IMG/VR virus record: IMGVR_UViG_3300024264_000009
Reading direction: 5' to 3' (one strand)
Source: an uncultured virus (IMG/VR IMGVR_UViG_3300024264_000009)
Taxonomy: Duplodnaviria; Heunggongvirae; Uroviricota; Caudoviricetes
Length of the DNA stretch: 57,457 nucleotides
Below, piece by piece: positions 56,154 to 57,457 of the stretch. The translations under genes and the position numbers were made by a program. Under the pieces are notes generated by a model. It had not been told where the DNA came from. It did not search any database and saw nothing but the letters and a program-made list of their open reading frames with translations. The stretch's first letter is position 1, and each line of letters begins with the position of its first letter.

Positions 56154-56462
56154 AGTGATATTATAACATAAGTCCATGAAAGTGCATAGACTAAAAACCA
56201 TAAAAGTGTGATTAGAAATATTAGGTATAAAAGGCTGAGGGTCTTAAAAATACCCCGAAAAAATTTTATCATGGTTTTAATAATATCTCCGTTAACTATT
56301 TGAGGGGGGGTTGACTCCACAACTATTTGACCTAGGAGTCCCACAGCACTGTTCTCTGAGGTTTTCCGTGGTGACCCTATCCGATATACCTCTGAACCCC
56401 TCTGAACGTCTTAGAACGTCTCTAAGGCCCTCGGAGGAATTCAGACAAGACTCTCCCATTAT

Positions 56463-56492
56463 AGTATATCATTTTCTGATACCTATTGTCAA
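56463..56492 (-). promoter_or_regulatory. Early-type promoter TTGACA-18-TATACT facing a GC-rich, probably non-coding tract
   Basis: TTGACAATAGGTATCAGAAAATGATATACT. Confidence 0.7.
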
Positions 56493-56668
56493 GCCCTGTA
56501 ATAGGTTAGTGGTCTCTCTCATGCCACTCTGACCTTCTCGGTAGATAACCCTAGGGACTTCACTGTCTACATAATGAAAGTCCTTCCCTAGTCGAACTTA
56601 TAAGAATCCCCGACTGTATAGTAGTTTGGTTCTTATACATTCATTATACACTATAAGAGGCTCTCTGT

Positions 56669-56881
56669 CTAGTGGAAAACATGTTCTTTACCACCGATTA
56701 CCATATAGTCTATTTGAATCTGACCAATAATAGTAATACCTGTTCGTTTCTTTACTGACTGACACATACGTTCCCAGTTATCCACAACCTTATCCACTGC
56801 ATACGACATTTCTTGTTCTGTCAAGTCAATCTGTATGGGTGTATTGGTGGCTAGGTGGATTCCTTTGATTCCATTATACAT
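56669..56881 (-). CDS. Hypothetical early protein
   Basis: ATG 56881 with GAGG SD. Confidence 0.65.
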   Translation of the reverse strand: MYNGIKGIHLATNTPIQIDLTEQEMSYAVDKVVDNWERMCQSVKKRTGITIIGQIQIDYMVIGGKEHVFH

Positions 56882-57002
56882 ATGCAACCTCTACGTTTCC
56901 ATGTCCATATTCCGTCACTGCACTATGAAAGGCTTTACGAGCTTCTCTCTCATTATCATAGATATACACAATACTACCAATCATTAACTTATAGTAATTC
57001 AT
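56874..57002 (-). CDS. Small hypothetical protein (42 aa; not in the ORF track)
   Basis: MNYYKLMIGSIVYIYDNEREARKAFHSAVTEYGHGNVEVAYV; GGAGG SD; TAATG coupling. Confidence 0.6.
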   Translation of the reverse strand: MNYYKLMIGSIVYIYDNEREARKAFHSAVTEYGHGNVEVAYV

Positions 57003-57181
57003 TAGTTGATTACCTCCGTTATTATGTTATTAATCTCTACCTGTGTATACTCGTCATGTTCCCACTCAAGGACATGTTTCTCATACCTGTTAACATAGTA
57101 TCTACATGCAGCTACCTTAGTATCATTCTGCAGTCTATATTCAGGTTCTATAGGGGGGTAGGTTGCATTGTTAATCGCCAT
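57002..57181 (-). CDS. Hypothetical early protein (59 aa)
   Basis: True start probably ATG 57181, TAATG-coupled to the upstream small ORF. Confidence 0.6.
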   Translation of the reverse strand: MAINNATYPPIEPEYRLQNDTKVAACRYYVNRYEKHVLEWEHDEYTQVEINNIITEVIN

Positions 57182-57276
57182 TATGATATAACCTTTATTA
57201 CTATAGGGAGTATGAACACTGCAATCCCTTGAAGGAAGTCCGTGTCTAATAGTCCGTGTTTCTTTAATGTCTTCAT
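57181..57276 (-). CDS. Small hydrophobic peptide (31 aa)
   Basis: MKTLKKHGLLDTDFLQGIAVFILPIVIKVIS; AAGGAG SD behind an early promoter. Confidence 0.6.
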   Translation of the reverse strand: MKTLKKHGLLDTDFLQGIAVFILPIVIKVIS

Positions 57277-57309
57277 AATGTCTCCTTTGTGTTTCTCCAT
57301 TATAGACAT

Positions 57310-57339
57310 AGTATAACAAAAAGTGAGAGTCATTGTCAA
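57310..57339 (-). promoter_or_regulatory. Early promoter TTGACA-18-TATACT
   Basis: TTGACAATGACTCTCACTTTTTGTTATACT. Confidence 0.85.
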
Positions 57340-57369
57340 GTCTCAGAGACGTGCAGAGTGTTTCTCTGA

Positions 57370-57452
57370 GGTGCTCTGAAACCCTTGCTGTGCTTGGGTT
57401 TGCGGGGAGGGGGTAATAGGGGGTGTGCTGAGAGGGGTGCTCTGAAACCCTT
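57370..57452. repeat. 17-bp direct repeat GGTGCTCTGAAACCCTT in a G-rich tract
   Basis: Copies at 57370-57386 and 57436-57452. Confidence 0.75.
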
Positions 57453-57457
57453 ACAGC

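Noticed and set aside
57002..57319. The 105-aa ORF as listed in the track
   Set aside because: Its start lies inside an early promoter; two coupled ORFs (57181-57276 and 57002-57181) fit the SD and overlap pattern better.
1..57457. Stop-codon reassignment, introns or inteins
   Set aside because: Core genes are full length in the standard code, TAA, TAG and TGA all serve as stops, and I saw no intein or homing endonuclease motifs.

Overview
A 57 kb piece of an AT-rich T4-like myovirus genome, most likely a marine phage. A Gammaproteobacteria-like host is a weak inference from its bS21 sequence. 1-26038 (minus strand): late tail-fibre and baseplate module (fibre proteins, a Q/P/A/Y-rich repeat protein, a 2237-aa wedge-like protein, gp8, gp7, gp6, gp25, gp5, hub, gp53, gp48). 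26087-33920 (plus strand): gp4, an inserted HAD phosphatase + kdsB pair, gp2, gp54-like, gp26/gp51 and a probable tape measure. 33921-57457 (minus strand): replication, transcription and accessory genes (ribosomal protein bS21, DNA methyltransferase, gp32, gp59, gp33, exonuclease, SleB-type hydrolase, SDR, 2OG-Fe(II) oxygenase, radical SAM/SPASM, RNase H, RimK-protease fusion, IscA, split carbamoyltransferase, PLP enzyme, many small early ORFs). The strongest unexplained signals: (1) a probable programmed -1 frameshift fusing gp26 to gp51 near the tape measure gene, like lambda G/GT; (2) a structured ~160-nt RNA between gp32 and the methyltransferase/bS21 genes; (3) three hairpins with AGUGA loops in a fibre-gene leader; (4) bS21 plus a RimK writer/eraser fusion; (5) an early promoter family with an invariant 18-bp spacer; (6) apparent avoidance of GATC. 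All calls come from motif recognition and synteny by eye; no searches were run.
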